Counted from the whole stretch's first letter, positions 13,780 to 27,640 are shown. The stretch: DNA of 63,637 nucleotides, filler included, from Octopus bimaculoides (GCF_001194135.2; 4 parts of 3 records of this genome joined end to end with filler, not necessarily neighbours in it), one strand, 5' to 3'. Notes: generated by a model not told the origin, from the sequence alone. Made by a program: numbers and translations.

Positions 13780-14100
13780 TTACCTGGGATTATTCTTAAG
13801 AGCCTATGCCCTCATGGAAGTATGGACCGACCCTCAAGCTGTGAACTTTCTTCTCCTGTCTGTATTCTTCTGTCTATTGTTTTACTTTGTATTCTTCTGT
13901 CTACTATTTTATTCTTTTATAAACTGCGAATTCCCAGTCAAAAACTTTTATTTATACTCACCTTGTCTCTGATGACGAAATACCCAGTGTATGAAGATGC
14001 TAACCTATCGCTTGGGATATACCAAAAACAGCTGTAAGACATCCAATAATTAATTAATTAATTACTTCAAATTCACCTTACTCTAATTAAATATTCTAAA
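13780..14100 (+). mobile_element. Penelope-like pLTR relic (possible endonuclease C-terminus remnant plus HHR)
   Basis: Translation IILKSLCPHG resembles the PLE GIY-YIG terminal L.TL.P.GLN motif and lies about 150 bp upstream of the HHR. Confidence 0.4.
13964..14041 (+). ncRNA. Degenerate type I hammerhead ribozyme (PLE type)
   Basis: TGTCT-CTGATGA-C-GAAATACCCAG..CTTGGGATATACC-AAAAA-C-AGCT-GTA-AGACA. 5-bp stem I and palindromic stem III ACAGCTGT; GAAA lost. Confidence 0.6.
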
Positions 14101-14299
14101 TGACTTGAGATACTTGTCCTGCCTTAGTTTTTGTTGCCCTTTTTTCCCCTAATATATATCTGCTAACTCGGATCCCTAGCTCCAGCCTCAGTTGTGAACT
14201 TGGAAACTAATGGATAACTAATTATAGTACTTACACAGGGTACTTATTCGTTTAGATAACCAGTGAACTAAACCCCTCATATTCTTTATATAAACTCTT

Positions 14300-14551
14300 T
14301 TTACCTATTGCTCTTATCAGCGGAAGTATTCCATAAGATAAATTTGCAAGTATTTCAAAATATGCATGCGATCAGCGGCATCGCATGATCAATATCTATC
14401 CATACTCGTAGGTACAAAGGAATACTTGGTGGTATATTTTTACGAGTATAGATAGATATTGGTCATGCGATACCGCTGATCGCATGTATATTTTGAAATA
14501 CTCGCTAATTTATATTATGGAATACATCCACTAATAAGAGAAATGGGTAAA
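14300..14551. repeat. Foldback palindrome, probable MITE
   Basis: 111-bp arms (14300-14410, 14441-14551), 12 mismatches, no indels, 30-bp spacer. Confidence 0.85.
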
Positions 14552-15521
14552 TATTTTAGTTTTACTTTAAGCTCGAAATTCGATCGGGTACGGAGTTAAC
14601 CAACCTTGTTGATTCATTATTTTTCTTTAGCTTGCCTACAATACAGTGTGTTATTCTCGGAGATTTTAAGGTGATAATTTGGGTCTTCTTGCAGTGCGTG
14701 GTGAGGCGTAAAGATTTCAGAACATTTATAAATAGGTCTTACAGCTGTTTTATATATCATCCCTTCATTGGAGACGGTGTGAGAAAATGGTTAAACAATA
14801 GTTATTCTAGATACGATATGAAATAATATAGTGAAGTGGAAGAATGAAAATAGACGTGAGATAATCAGGGATATTTTATCTTCAGTTCCATTATTTAGGC
14901 AGAATGGTATACATACAAAATTCTTGTACCCTATGAGTAAGTTCCAATAGTATCTAAAATTGGTCATTCCAAGCATAGAGTTTGTAAACGGTGTTATTGA
15001 ATCGAGGATTTTTTTCAAGTGACTTAAAAGTTGGGAATGTGTTTGTATATATGTATATATATATACAGAAAGTGAAAGACGCTCCTTTCCCTTTCCGTCT
15101 ACCAAATCTACTGAAAAGGCTTTATTCGGCCTAAGGTTATAATAGAAGATATTCGTCTACGGTGACGTTGAACCCGTCTTCCTCGTTCCAGCTACAATGG
15201 AGAGAAAGAAAGAAACACAAGTTAGAAGAAAGAAAACTGGCCGATGGTCACGTGGAAGCCACGTGAGCATGGGAAGAGGAGTTAGGGAGAAAGAGTGACA
15301 GATTAATAGGATAGAATAGTGGGAGAAGAGGAGTAAAAGAATAAGAGAGAGAAACAGAGAAAAACGAAAGAGTAAAAAGATCGTATAGAGTGCACATCAG
15401 AATTATTAAGATAAAACTTAGTTGGAAGAGGATGCATGGCGTTCAATCATATAATAATATGAAATATATATATATATCTATGCATATATACATACGTATA
15501 TGTACATACTTACATCTATAC

Positions 15522-15570
<49 letters not shown>

Positions 15571-16157
15571 TATGTGGGCACAGGACATCAGGAAACGTGT
15601 ACAACAAAAATAGGAAGTACGAGTACACGGAATATGAACTATTTTGTCGAACAACGTAAGACACAAATGGAAAACAAGACAAACAACATAAAGAACGACC
15701 CTTCATCAGTTTTTGGCTGTTTTTCTACTCTCGTATTTCGAGCATTTAACAACATCATATATATTATATTATTATTTTATATATGTATATATATATATAT
15801 ATANNNNNNNNNNNNNNNNNNNNNNNNNNNNNNNNNNNNNNNNNNNNNNNNNNNNNNNNNNNNNNNNNNNNNNNNNNNNNNNNNNNNNNNNNNNNNNNNN
15901 NNNNNNNNNNNNNNNNNNNNNNNNNNNNNNNNNNNNNNNNNNNNNNNNNNNNNNNNNNNNNNNNNNNNNNNNNNNNNNNNNNNNNNNNNNNNNNNNNNNN
16001 NNNNNNNNNNNNNNNNNNNNNNNNNNNNNNNNNNNNNNNNNNNNNNNNNNNNNNNNNNNNNNNNNNNNNNNNNNNNNNNNNNNNNNNNNNNNNNNNNNNN
16101 NNNNNNNNNNNNNNNNNNNNNNNNNNNNNNNNNNNNNNNNNNNNNNNNNNNNNNNNN

Positions 16158-16534
16158 TTACTCTTTTACTTGTTTCAGTCATTTGACTGCGGCCATGCCG
16201 GAGCACCGCCTTTAATCGAGCAAATCGACCCCAGGACTTATTCTTTGTAAGCCTAGTACTTATTCTATCGGTCACTTTTGCCGAACCGCTAAGTTACGGG
16301 GACGTAAACACACCACCATCGGTTGTCAAGCGATGTTGGGGGAACAAACACAGACACAGAAACACACATATATGTATATATATATGCATATACATATATA
16401 CGACGGGCTTCCTTCAGTTTCCGTCTACAAAATCCACTCACAAGGCGTTGGTCGGCCCGAGGCTATAGTAGAAGACACTTGCTCAAGGTGCCACGCAGTG
16501 GGACTGAACCCAGAACCATGTGGTTGGTTAGCAC
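16158..16534 (-). mobile_element. SINE family 2 (tRNA head, CORE-like ACCTTGAGCAAGTG motif, internal (TA/CA)n)
   Basis: Near-complete copy; homologous to the other family 2 copies. Confidence 0.85.
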
Positions 16535-17349
16535 AAATATATATATATTATATATACTTTATATATATATTTATGAGTCGTACGTGTTTGTGTGTGTATA
16601 TGTATATATATATTAATATATATATATACACATAAGTAGCACGTATATGTATGTATTATATATATATGAGTAGTATGTGTCCATGTACGTAAATGTCTTT
16701 TAAATACATACAGAGTGTGGCGAAGGTCTATTTCAAAGCGAAGAAATCTCAAATCTTGCATTAAATAGCTATTTCAGGGCAACAATAAATAGAAATAACC
16801 AGATTTTTCATTCATTACTCAGAAACAAACTGTAATATATGGTAATGTCCATAATACGTGCTTAGCTCCTTAAAAAACATATATTCATTTAATGGATGTC
16901 CAGTCTTAGCAATTATCCTTTGCAAAGTCCCGCTGCTTCTACTAGTCGTAAATCACATGGATAGATACTATGATTATCATCAATTTACATCAATTTCTTT
17001 ATAAAGAAAATAAGATGTATGCCTATGTATACATACTTGTACACAATGTACACAAGCAAGTGTATATGTATGTTTATAAACACGCACACGCACACACAAA
17101 CACACACACACAAATATATATATATATGTTTGTATGTCACTACATATTAATAGCGTGCACATGTATGTGTATCTGTATTCGTTTTTGCGTATACCATCGG
17201 GTTTTGTAGTAAATCAAATTGTAAAACTTCAATAAATATAAGTGTCTGTCTGAGACTATCAAACAATTGACTGCTAGGAGTCAATTATACAGAGGAGGAG
17301 AAATGATAAAACGGTTAGTGAATAAGTATATCTCTTCCTGTATATATAT

Positions 17350-17449
17350 NNNNNNNNNNNNNNNNNNNNNNNNNNNNNNNNNNNNNNNNNNNNTTAATTA
17401 ATTAANNNNNNNNNNNNNNNNNNNNNNNNNNNNNNNNNNNNNNNNNNNN
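17350..17449. other. Artificial 100-bp scaffold spacer (44 N + TTAATTAATTAA + 44 N)
   Basis: Identical construct at 37416-37515 and 62059-62158; the 12-mer places stop codons in all six frames. Confidence 0.95.
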
Positions 17450-17491
<42 letters not shown>

Positions 17492-18279
17492 TACATACAT
17501 ATATAAACATAAATATATCAACTAACAAAGCTCTATGTTTCTGTATACCCATCTATACCTCGTTATGTGTGTGTTGTCGTGGACAAGTATTAGAATGAAT
17601 ACAGTGATAGATGAGTTAAATTGAATGAATAAGTGGATAGAAAAATAGATAGATAAACAGATAGACAAATTCATGAGTGTTTTGACGGGGAGATACGAGG
17701 TAAAACAATAAGACAATGTCCGTATCCAGATGGATAAATAGATTAAGTAAATTGAATAAATAAAGTTGTATTTGATAGTCTAGGTAATCTAATACTTACG
17801 AGTAAAGACGTAGGAATCAAGACATCGATTGAAATATACGGTGTAATTACCAATAGATTTCTTTTAAAGGTTACATGTCACAAATCTTAATAGAACTATA
17901 TATATTTTAGTGTCTAACCGTCACACGTGATTATCTAGTCTAATTGAATCCTCTATTCTTAAATTTCTGTGAGATATAGCTCTTTTTGTTTCACAGAATT
18001 TCGGGCTAAAATCTATTATAGCTATATTCAACCCTCGCCATTTAAAAATCCAGGAATATTTACTGTGTAATTTTGGCATTGCTGTTGTATTTAAGTATCC
18101 TACAATACTTCAGGTTTGTATCTTTATTTAACGGATGTAGTTATGTCCTAAAGCTCCTCATTGATCATATGTAACTAAATGTGCAGGAGATTAAATATAT
18201 CAAACTTTTAAGCATTTTAAATTGGCACTAAATATATAGTTACATATAGCACAATATTTCACGATTCTTGCACGATTTT

Positions 18280-18605
18280 ATTTTAGTTTCTTGTTCTGAA
18301 GAAAGGGGGCAGTATTCATGCTCTTGGACGTCGAAGGTCTCCAAGACCAGTGAGAATGATGTCATAAATATTTCTCTTGAACCACTCGAAGTCAACATCT
18401 TCAGGAAAGACACGAAGAGTGGAAAAATCTGCCAACGCAATTTTGTCTCTTTACATATTCAGATTTGGCAAGGCCTGCGCAATGTGGTCAACAGTCTTAC
18501 TGTGGTGGTTGAATATTCTGCCTTTGGTGGTAAGATCTGTCTACATTATTCTGTTCTAATATGTGCTTGTAGTCAGGTCTTGCATCGCTAGAATCAGTCC
18601 CCTTG
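18280..18605 (-). pseudogene. R4/Dong-type (RLE) non-LTR retrotransposon fragment, zinc-knuckle region
   Basis: GLILAMQD..KTVDHI..LAKSEYVKRQNCVGRFFH..EHE, across frameshifts. Confidence 0.6.
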
Positions 18606-19800
18606 TTTTTTGCTTTTAGTTTAGTGCTTTTATGCCGTTGTTAGTTTTCCCTTCGTCTCACTTCTTCTCGGTTATGCCTTCCGTGATATTGACCGTGGAA
18701 TGGTTCCTCTCGTCTTTGGTATGTTTTCTAATTTTGTTTTTATATTGATTTTGACTTTTTAACCATTTTTCTCTTGCGTTTTAATCTAAATTTGCTGTTT
18801 TATCGCAGTTTGCGTCTGTTTTGTAATTTATCGCTCACTTATGTATAGAGCTAATGTCTTTGCTTTTATTACGTTTTTTATTACATTTATCAATCTTCGA
18901 ATATTGTCTCTAAGTATTTTTCCAGTACGGTTGTTATTTTATAGTATTTTTCTATTTGTTTTAGGTTATGTCGCACATGTGTGCGAATATATTCTGTTTA
19001 TATCTGCTTTGAGGTGCTGGTTTCGGTACGCTGTCAGCAGCTGTCTGGTTTTACACAATTTCTATTTTCTAAAGTAAATTCTCCTCCTCCGCCCCCTCTT
19101 TTTGCTCATCCACCCCATTTTCCTCCGTCTCGGAATACGCAACTTGTTTAGGTTTATAGCCTAGACGGTTTAGGGCTTAAGGTTTCGGGTTAAATATAAG
19201 AGGATTTAATAGTGAATAAAGGATAACTGATTGCCGGATGTTATCACCTATCTGTTTTAAAACAATATATTTTATAAGCTGCACAATTCCCTTTCGCGAT
19301 GTATCACTTGTGTACAGCGCATTCATATTTTTATTCTGAGTCTTTAGTAAGAGTGTATTCAAAAATAAGAAGGAAAATCCAGAAATTTCGTTATCACTGT
19401 CGTATCAAGACAAGCAATATTTTCACTGTAATTACCACCCAACACTAGTTCATTAGTGTACAAAAATTGAATCATTTAAATAACAGATTGTAAATGACAT
19501 CGATTATTTTTTAGGTAATTTTCATTCACCATTGTAAATATATTTAGACTAGTTGTCTTTTGTTTCTGCTATAATTTGCACTGCATTTTTATGTACGGTG
19601 TAGTTGTCACGACTGCTAAAACGTTTGCTTGCTGACAAAATATTCTGATATTTAGGATATTCTTGAATACTAAAATGATTGCTAGAAATTCTGAATTGTA
19701 TAAAAACGACTGCAACAAAAGCAGAAAGCGGCTTTGGACTTGACTGGATCTCTCTGTCTCTCCCTGTGTCTGTCTGTCTGTCTGTCTCTGTCTGTCTGTC

Positions 19801-19837
<37 letters not shown>

Positions 19838-20119
19838 GTCTGTCTGTCTGTCTGTCTGTCTNNNNNNNNNNNNNNNNNNNNNNNNNNNNNNNNNNNNNNN
19901 NNNNNNNNNNNNNNNNNNNNNNNNNNNNNNNNNNNNNNNNNNNNNNNNNNNNNNNNNNNNNNNNNNNNNNNNNNNNNNNNNNNNNNNNNNNNNNNNNNNN
20001 NNNNNNNNNNNNNNNNNNNNNNNNNNNNNNNNNNNNNNNNNNNNNNNNNNNNNNNNNNNNNNNNNNNNNNNNNNNNTATATATATATATATTTATTTATA
20101 TGATGAACTCTCTTGTCGA

Positions 20120-20400
20120 AGGCGAGGTTTGAGTGTTCACCTTTTTTGCTGAATGACCTACACAAATGATTTGTTTATTGTAATCAAATGTTCGTGCTGC
20201 ATATTAGCTCACGTCCGCCATAAAATCAACGTTTTTTGAAGACGTGCACCGTGTACTACGCGTCAAGTGTGGAAGTGATCGCAGAGCGACCTGAGATGAA
20301 GGGTTTTGCTCAAGAACACAACACACCACCAGCTCTAGGAATTGAAACAACGATCCCACGATCCCACGATCAAAGGTGTAACACTGTGACAACTAGGCCA
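20120..20400 (-). mobile_element. SINE family 3 (tRNA head, TGTGTTCTTGAGCAAAAC core)
   Basis: Homologous to 49575-49803. Confidence 0.7.
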
Positions 20401-21284
20401 TGTATATATATATATAGGTAAGTGGTAGGTTTGCCTCGATAAACTTACTTGGAAATGGATGCGTGTCGTTCAATCAAATAATAATATAAATAATATATAT
20501 ATATATATATATGCATATAATATATATTTATATATAAAACATAGAGTGGCATCAAACATATTGAGATAAAATGGATGCATAGCGTTCAATCAAATAATAA
20601 TATAAATAATATATATGTATATAAAGTGGTCAAACCATATGGGGTCTACATCTAGCATATTGGATATCCACTTAGTGGTCATCCCTCTTATATGTATGTA
20701 ATATAATTTTTCTGAATCTTCAGTTTTTTTCAATATGCTAGGCCACTGGTTTTAAAATGATATTAATCAAATTGATATTCAATTTTTCATCCTTATTATT
20801 TAAATTATATATATATTTATATATNNNNNNNNNNNNNNNNNNNNNNNNNNNNNNNNNNNNNNNNNNNNNNNNNNNNNNNNNNNNNNNNNNNNNNNNNNNN
20901 NNNNNNNNNNNNNNNNNNNNNNNNNNNNNNNNNNNNNNNNNNNNNNNNNNNNNNNNNNNNNNNNNNNNNNNNNNNNNNNNNNNNNNNNNNNNNNNNNNNN
21001 NNNNNNNNNNNNNNNNNNNNNNNNNNNNNNNNNNNNNNNNNNNNNNNNNNNNNNNNNNNNNNNNNNNNNNNNNNNNNNNNNNNNNNNNNNNNNNNNNNNN
21101 NNNNNNNNNNNNNNNNNNNNNNNNNNNNNNNNNNNNNNNNNNNNNNNNNNNNNNNNNNNNNNNNNNNNNNNNNNNNNNNNNNNNNNNNNNNNNNNNNNNN
21201 NNNNNNNNNNNNNNNNNNNNNNNNNNNNNNNNNNNNNNNNNNNNNNNNNNNNNNNNNNNNNNNNNNNNNNNNNNNNNNNNNNNN

Positions 21285-21352
<68 letters not shown>

Positions 21353-22731
21353 ATATTAAATTAGAAATGAAAAGCAGCTCTCGTAATGTAAACATTATTA
21401 ATTGCACATTCACAATGTATGTCATTTCTTTTATTCCTCGAATTTTGCTGCGGTGTAGCCTTGATGGAGATTCCCTTATAACGCTAGATATTATAACACC
21501 AGCAAACCATAGATCAAGTGAGAAAACTTGCTCCGAATTGAATCCATGAGTGGTAGATATCGATATTTCGCCATTACCGTGACTTATCCATATCACGCAC
21601 TTGGATCGAACCGAAGACGAACTGAATCAAAACACTACAATTGCTTTTAATTCGCAATCTAATTTACTTTCACATGGGAATCGCCGTCGCATATGCTCAA
21701 ATAGGGTTTCTGTCTGTGTTCAGATCGATCCAAGTGTGTGGTATTTATAAGCCACGGGGAAGACGAAGTATCGACATTGCCCGTCTTCAATTGGATCCTT
21801 GGCGAGTTGTCAACCGGTATATGATTTTCAGGTGTTTTAACACCCAGCATTATTAGGGAGTCTCTCTAAACCCTATCCCGCAGTAAATTCGGCGAATGTA
21901 CAAACCGCATAAATTGTGTATGTGCGATCGATAATGTTTATATATATGTTTTCATATAATTCGCTTGCTTTCTTCCAAGGAATCTAGTGCTCTTAGCTTA
22001 GATTTTCTTGGGGCCGGCCAGATTGGAGCAGTCTCAAGTTAACCGGCCGAACCTGCTGAGATAATCTGGAACTCGACTAAGGATAGAAACCTCTGAATGA
22101 TCCGTTCTTGTGTTTTCCTGTCCTTTTTTGTATCGTCTAACTGTCCGTATGTTTTGTTGTCGCCTGTTAGTTCTTACTCATTTTTTGTTTTCTTTTTTAT
22201 ATATACATATAGCGGCGTACGTACACATTTGGTCACTCATATGTAAGTACATATATATATCTAAATTCTACACGACTCTCTTACTCTTTTTTTAGACCCT
22301 TCACACTTACTTCGTTCTTTCCACATTTCTTTTTCTCGCACCCCCTCTCTCACACTGTGTTCTCTACACATTCTGATTGAATCACCCATACGTCAACATG
22401 TACTTCCTTGCGACAATGTAATCTTTAATTTAATCAAGATATCCTTGGCCTGAAGAGTAGCAGGCAATACACACTTCGCTTGGATTTTTAGCACTTCTGA
22501 GGTTCTGCCCGGTATGAAACAAACATATGTAGCCAGGATCTTACCAACTGCATTCCGTAACTCTTGTATTCTTATTTGCACATCTGACAAACCTGGTCGC
22601 TTACCGTGNNNNNNNNNNNNNNNNNNNNNNNNNNNNNNNNNNNNNNNNNNNNNNNNNNNNNNNNNNNNNNNNNNNNNNNNNNNNNNNNNNNNNNNNNNNN
22701 NNNNNNNNNNNNNNNNNNNNNNNNNNNNNNN

Positions 22732-22788
<57 letters not shown>

Positions 22789-23569
22789 TATACACACACT
22801 GCTTCCGATTTTATCCACAAAAACACACTCATAAAACAAAACGCATATATATATACTCGAACACATACATACACACGCACAGAATGTTGTTCACTATTTC
22901 GTTTGTAGAAGAGTATTGGTCTTCAGTATATTCTCCCTGAAGGGTTGTAGTTGATCAACTAAAGTGTCCAGGGAAATAAATTGGAGACTGTAATCCCGTA
23001 CTGGGCGAAAATAAAAACAAGATCTTCTGTATATGTGGGGGTGTGTCTGTGGTCTCTGCGGATGTATGGATAATACTAAAAGCAGCACTGATGAAATGTA
23101 ATGATATACATATGCGCTTATTTATATATTTATGTGTACGTATGTGTGAATGTCTATAAATATATATACATTTCATCAGCAGTGGTTTTGGTTTATTTTT
23201 TGCTGTCGATGCCAACGTTGTTATTGATGCCGTTGTTGGCGCTACTTTCCTCGGCGTTCAGTGTCACTTCTTTTGTTTTACTATTATTTCCCATGCGTAT
23301 TTCTTGACTAGTCTCCTTGGATCGCTTTCTCATATATTATACTATGATTAATTTTTGTCCTTTGATCTGATTTTGAAAAGAATAATAAAAATCAAAGACT
23401 ACAAAAATGTATTTTAGTAATTTTTTTATAAACTGTATTTTCTAAAATAGAGATTATAAATCTATAAGGAAAATAGGGAAGCAGTACTTACTAGTGCCAC
23501 CCCTTGGCGACGGGCTCGAAGATCACACGTTCCCTTGCAAAATTCTTCTTCTCAATATTACACACACTA

Positions 23570-23683
23570 AAGGCGGCGAGCTGGCGCAATGTTTAGCACT
23601 CTGGGCAAAATGCTTAGCGGCAATACTGTGTTCAAATTCTGCTTAGCGGCAAATCCAAATTCAAATTCTGCCTGCCTTTCCGC
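23570..23683 (+). mobile_element. SINE family 1, 5' part
   Basis: AAGGCGGCGAGCTGGC..AAATGCTTAGC..TTCAAATTC head. Confidence 0.7.
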
Positions 23684-23684
23684 C

Positions 23685-24090
23685 TTCTTTTGGTATTTTT
23701 TCCAGTTACTCTAATACTTTATCAACGACTATTGTATCAAACAGGCGAGCAATGGCATTTTCCCTCTTTAATGAATTTCTATAATGCCTTGGCATGAATG
23801 ATCTTTGTGCTTATACGTTTGAATTTTCATGTCCCATAGCAGCTTCACGTGGTCGGCTTCAATGATGCTTTCCCGTTCATGCCCCTTCTATTTTTCCACT
23901 TTGGGATCCTATATTTTTCCTTTTTATAAATTCGCCAATATATGATTGCAGCAAATTTGTCGTATCTCTAGTGAATATAAACCTTCTGAGCGAGTTTTTA
24001 ATCAGAGACTGCAAGCGCAGTAGTCTCCCCCTTTTCGCTACAACATGACATATCTTCTCCTGTTTATGTGATCTTGCATATGAAGACTTT
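23685..24090 (-). pseudogene. R4/Dong-type RLE-LINE fragment (CCHC knuckle plus restriction-like endonuclease)
   Basis: SEKGETT..KLAQK..YDKFAAIIYW..HERESIIEADHVKLLWDMKIQT..IA..EKYQ, across frameshifts. Confidence 0.65.
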
Positions 24091-24596
24091 CGACTAAAGT
24101 CCTCATGTGATCTTTGAGTAGGAGAGAGTTTTAGGAGTTAGTTGCTCAGTTTGACTACGCATACAGCAGACATTTCGCCAGGAGTAACCCGTTACCAATA
24201 CCGCTTGAGGATGCGTTGTTTAATCTAAGACATGGAACCGATCTCAAGAAGCTTCTTTAAGCAAAAAATAAGAGAAGGCAATTAAAAACATCATTAATAC
24301 ATTCTTATGAAATCATAATCGACCAGTTGAAACGTGTTATAGCAAATCGTTGCAAAACTCTGTGTTCCAAGAATATGTAAAGATCAAGCCGACTATCTTT
24401 AATGAAATGTATATTGTGGGGATGTGAAGAATCTCTGACAAATATCTGACAAGTCAAGGATCATAAGTGAAAATAGGGCCACATTTTTCTCTGGATAGAT
24501 ATGAAGTGGAATATGTAGTATACTACTTACCATTACTACTTATGTAATCTCATATTGTATACCCGAAACGCATATATAATTCGATATGATATGCAG

Positions 24597-24655
24597 TTTG
24601 TGCCTGATGAATATGTTTCAGATATTTTCCAACATATGAAACTATGTCTGGTGTC
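24597..24655 (+). ncRNA. Hammerhead-like core with unpaired stem I (probably decayed)
   Basis: CTGATGA-ATATGTT..AACATAT-GAAA-C-TAT-GTC: perfect 7-bp stem II and GUC triplet, but flanks do not form stem I. Confidence 0.35.
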
Positions 24656-25264
24656 TTTTAAATAAGTAATATTTATCTTTCACCAGATGGAATACATTTT
24701 TGTTGATTTTTTTCTATCACGGAACGATACATAATATATATATATATATATATATATANNNNNNNNNNNNNNNNNNNNNNNNNNNNNNNNNNNNNNNNNN
24801 NNNNNNNNNNNNNNNNNNNNNNNNNNNNNNNNNNNNNNNNNNNNNNNNNNNNNNNNNNNNNNNNNNNNNNNNNNNNNNNNNNNNNNNNNNNNNNNNNNNN
24901 NNNNNNNNNNNNNNNNNNNNNNNNNNNNNNNNNNNNNNNNNNNNNNNNNNNNNNNNNNNNNNNNNNNNNNNNNNNNNNNNNNNNNNNNNNNNNNNNNNNN
25001 NNNNNNNNNNNNNNNNNNNNNNNNNNNNNNNNNNNNNNNNNNNNNNNNNNNNNNNNNNNNNNNNNNNNNNNNNNNNNNNNNNNNNNNNNNNNNNNNNNNN
25101 NNNNNNNNNNNNNNNNNNNNNNNNNNNNNNNNNNNNNNNNNNNNNNNNNNNNNNNNNNNNNNNNNNNNNNNNNNNNNNNNNNNNNNNNNNNNNNNNNNNN
25201 NNNNATATATATATATATACATACATACACCCACACCCACACACGTCCCGCTCCCGCACACATA

Positions 25265-26134
25265 CGTGCGGTGAATAAATTACGCAAAACTGAAAATAAC
25301 ACTGACATCTCACTTCAACAAATATATTTGCCAAAATTACACAAAAACATCTTGAAATACTAAACAATTAAATTTATTCAATTAAATCTCTATTGGCTTC
25401 AACCACGGCTTCCAGACGACTTCGGAATCTCCAGCAACTCTTCTGGACGGCCTCCTTGTTTAAGTTAGTGAACGCTGTTATAATCCTTGCCTTCAGTTCA
25501 GCTATGTTGTTAGAAGGAGTTTTGTTAGTCTTTCGCTCAACTGCGCCCCAAACATAATAATCAAGGGGGTTGCAGTTGAGAAGTTAGGTAGCTAGATTTT
25601 GGGGGTGATGTGGTCGCAGAAAGTGTCTGACGGTCATGAACTGGGTTCTCCTGCTTGCGTGTCAACGTGGAGTTTGTTGCTTGACAGAAGGTCTTCCAGC
25701 AGCCACCCTTTTGACCCAGGGCAGCACAACCTCCTCCAGGCCCTTGATGTAGGCCTCCGTGTTGAGTGTGAGGCCGTGTCGGAAGATGAATGGAGGCATA
25801 ACGTCGACATAATTAGTGATCATCCCAAACACCATGTTGTTAACTAGATGTTTGATTTTTAATACTCCCGGTACATGTCCTTAGATTGAACTGTCCTCAG
25901 GTTGACACTCGAACACTCCGAAATGTTTATATTGGAGCTTCCAGAGCGAATGTCACGCAGTACAGTAATATAGTTACCGAATTTCTGGCCGAGGGAATTG
26001 CAACATGATGCTGTTTATCTCACAAACGGTGCCCAACTGACCCTATTATACTGTGTAGTCGACAAAATCAAACACGAATAATGCGCATGCGCGAAAAAAT
26101 AACAATATGGTGACAATTTATCCATCGCACCCTG
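25265..26134 (-). mobile_element. Internally deleted Tc1/mariner-superfamily transposon
   Basis: TIR CAGGGTGCGATGGATAAATT followed by TA at 26135, with a degenerate partner at 25265. C-terminal transposase ..MVFG..LNTEAYIK.LEEVVLPW..PLDYYVWGAVE..ELKARI..FRSRLEAVVEA. Confidence 0.8.
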
Positions 26135-27064
26135 TATATATGTGCGCGTGTATGCATATTATATATGCATATATATGTATGAATGTATATGTGCATGCGC
26201 GTGTATATATATATATATTCTCATATATATATATATATATATACGGAGAGAAAGGGGAGAGAACGAGAGCCCTACATATAATATCTGACAACTAAAGAAT
26301 ACATACTATAAATTCTAGATTGAAAGAAATAATTCAGTATATTTTGAGAAAATTCCTCTAACCGTTGTTGGAGAATTTCCAACTTACTCAGCAAATCGCG
26401 CGGAAACCTAATTAAGAGTATGGTTTACGGCTTCATAACACACCGTCTTCCCATCAAACTGATCAGTAATGAAAAATAATGTTTTGATACTCCAACGAAA
26501 ACCTTATTTCCCTGCCAAAAATTTTCTTTGCCTGAAAATATACCTTCCAATAGATGGTAAAGAAAGAATACAAGTAAGAATACAAATACAAAAAGGAATA
26601 GAGATAATATCTAACATGATACAACATGAAAGGCAATAATGATAGCATTTCGTTAAATGCAATATGCTTAATATGTGTTACTTTCATATTTCAGCGACAT
26701 TGTACCTGAGAAATATAAGTGTTATTTCAAGAAGTGAAGGTGAGTTACAAAGTAAGATATGTGATTATAAAGGTTAGAAATAAAGAGAAAGATCATGATT
26801 TAATGAATGTTCGGAAAATTTTGCCCGCTCTGAAGAGAGGTATTATTGACAAAACCATGATTTGAACGAAGTAAGAGAAGCCAAACAATTAAAATCTACT
26901 GTTTCTTCGACCAGGGCTCAACCTTCACGGCTAACTTGTATCTGTATAGTGATTTCAATAGTGTATAACAGACTACATTCGTTGGTAGATTAAATTGACG
27001 CACCTGATATATTTGATATGTATGTTATTTGCTACATATTACAGGAAATAAACAACTACATAGT

Positions 27065-27277
27065 GGTTTGAAATTTTGGCACAAGGCCAGCCATTTCGGG
27101 TGTGGGGTAAGTCGCTTACATCGACCATAGTGCTCAACTGGCATTTAATTTGTATACTCCGAAATTATGAAAGTCAAAATCGACCATCGCAGAATTTGAA
27201 CTCAGGATGTAAAAACGGAGGAAATGCCGCTAAGCATTTCGTCCGGCATGTTAAAGGTTCTACCAGCTCACCGTCTT
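27065..27277 (-). mobile_element. SINE family 1
   Basis: Full head-to-tail match to the other copies. Confidence 0.85.
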
Positions 27278-27428
27278 TATAAATGATGACAAAAAACACT
27301 TAACTCTAAGAGGATTTTTAATGAGAATGTCTAATGGGAGAAAAAAAAAATACAGGAAGACTTAATTTACTATTGTGTAACTTTTCTTACTCCTCTGCCC
27401 CTTAGTTCATATCAATATGACAAAAGAT

Positions 27429-27640
27429 TAGGTGGCGAGCTGGCAGAATCGTTTGCACACCGAGTGAAATACTAAGTGGTACTTCGTCCGTCTTCACATT
27501 CAAGTTCAAATTCCAGCAAGGTCGACTTTGCCTTTCATGCTTTCGGGGACGATAAGATAAATATCAGTTGAACATTGAGTTCGATGTAATCGACTTACAC
27601 CTCCAACGAAATTGCTGGTCTTATACCAAAATTTGAAACC
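27429..27640 (+). mobile_element. SINE family 1
   Basis: GGTGGCGAGCTGGCAGAATCG..GTCGACTTTGCCTTTCAT..AAATTTGAAACC. Confidence 0.85.

Noticed and set aside
17394-17405. TTAATTAATTAA island inside Ns (also 37460-37471, 62103-62114)
   Set aside because: Exactly 44 N on each side in all three cases: an assembly spacer, not biology.
20454-20617. About 50-bp direct repeat pair; similar small tandem duplications at 6440-6510 and 9232-9270
   Set aside because: Only two units each, typical slippage duplications; not CRISPR-like.
22393-22608. Non-repetitive open frames next to a gap
   Set aside because: No recognisable motif in any frame; cannot be assigned.
26463-26687. GPCR TM5-like peptide (FTIYWKVYFQAKK) and nearby splice-like sites
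   Set aside because: Short and AT-biased, with stops in all frames between the candidate acceptor and donor.
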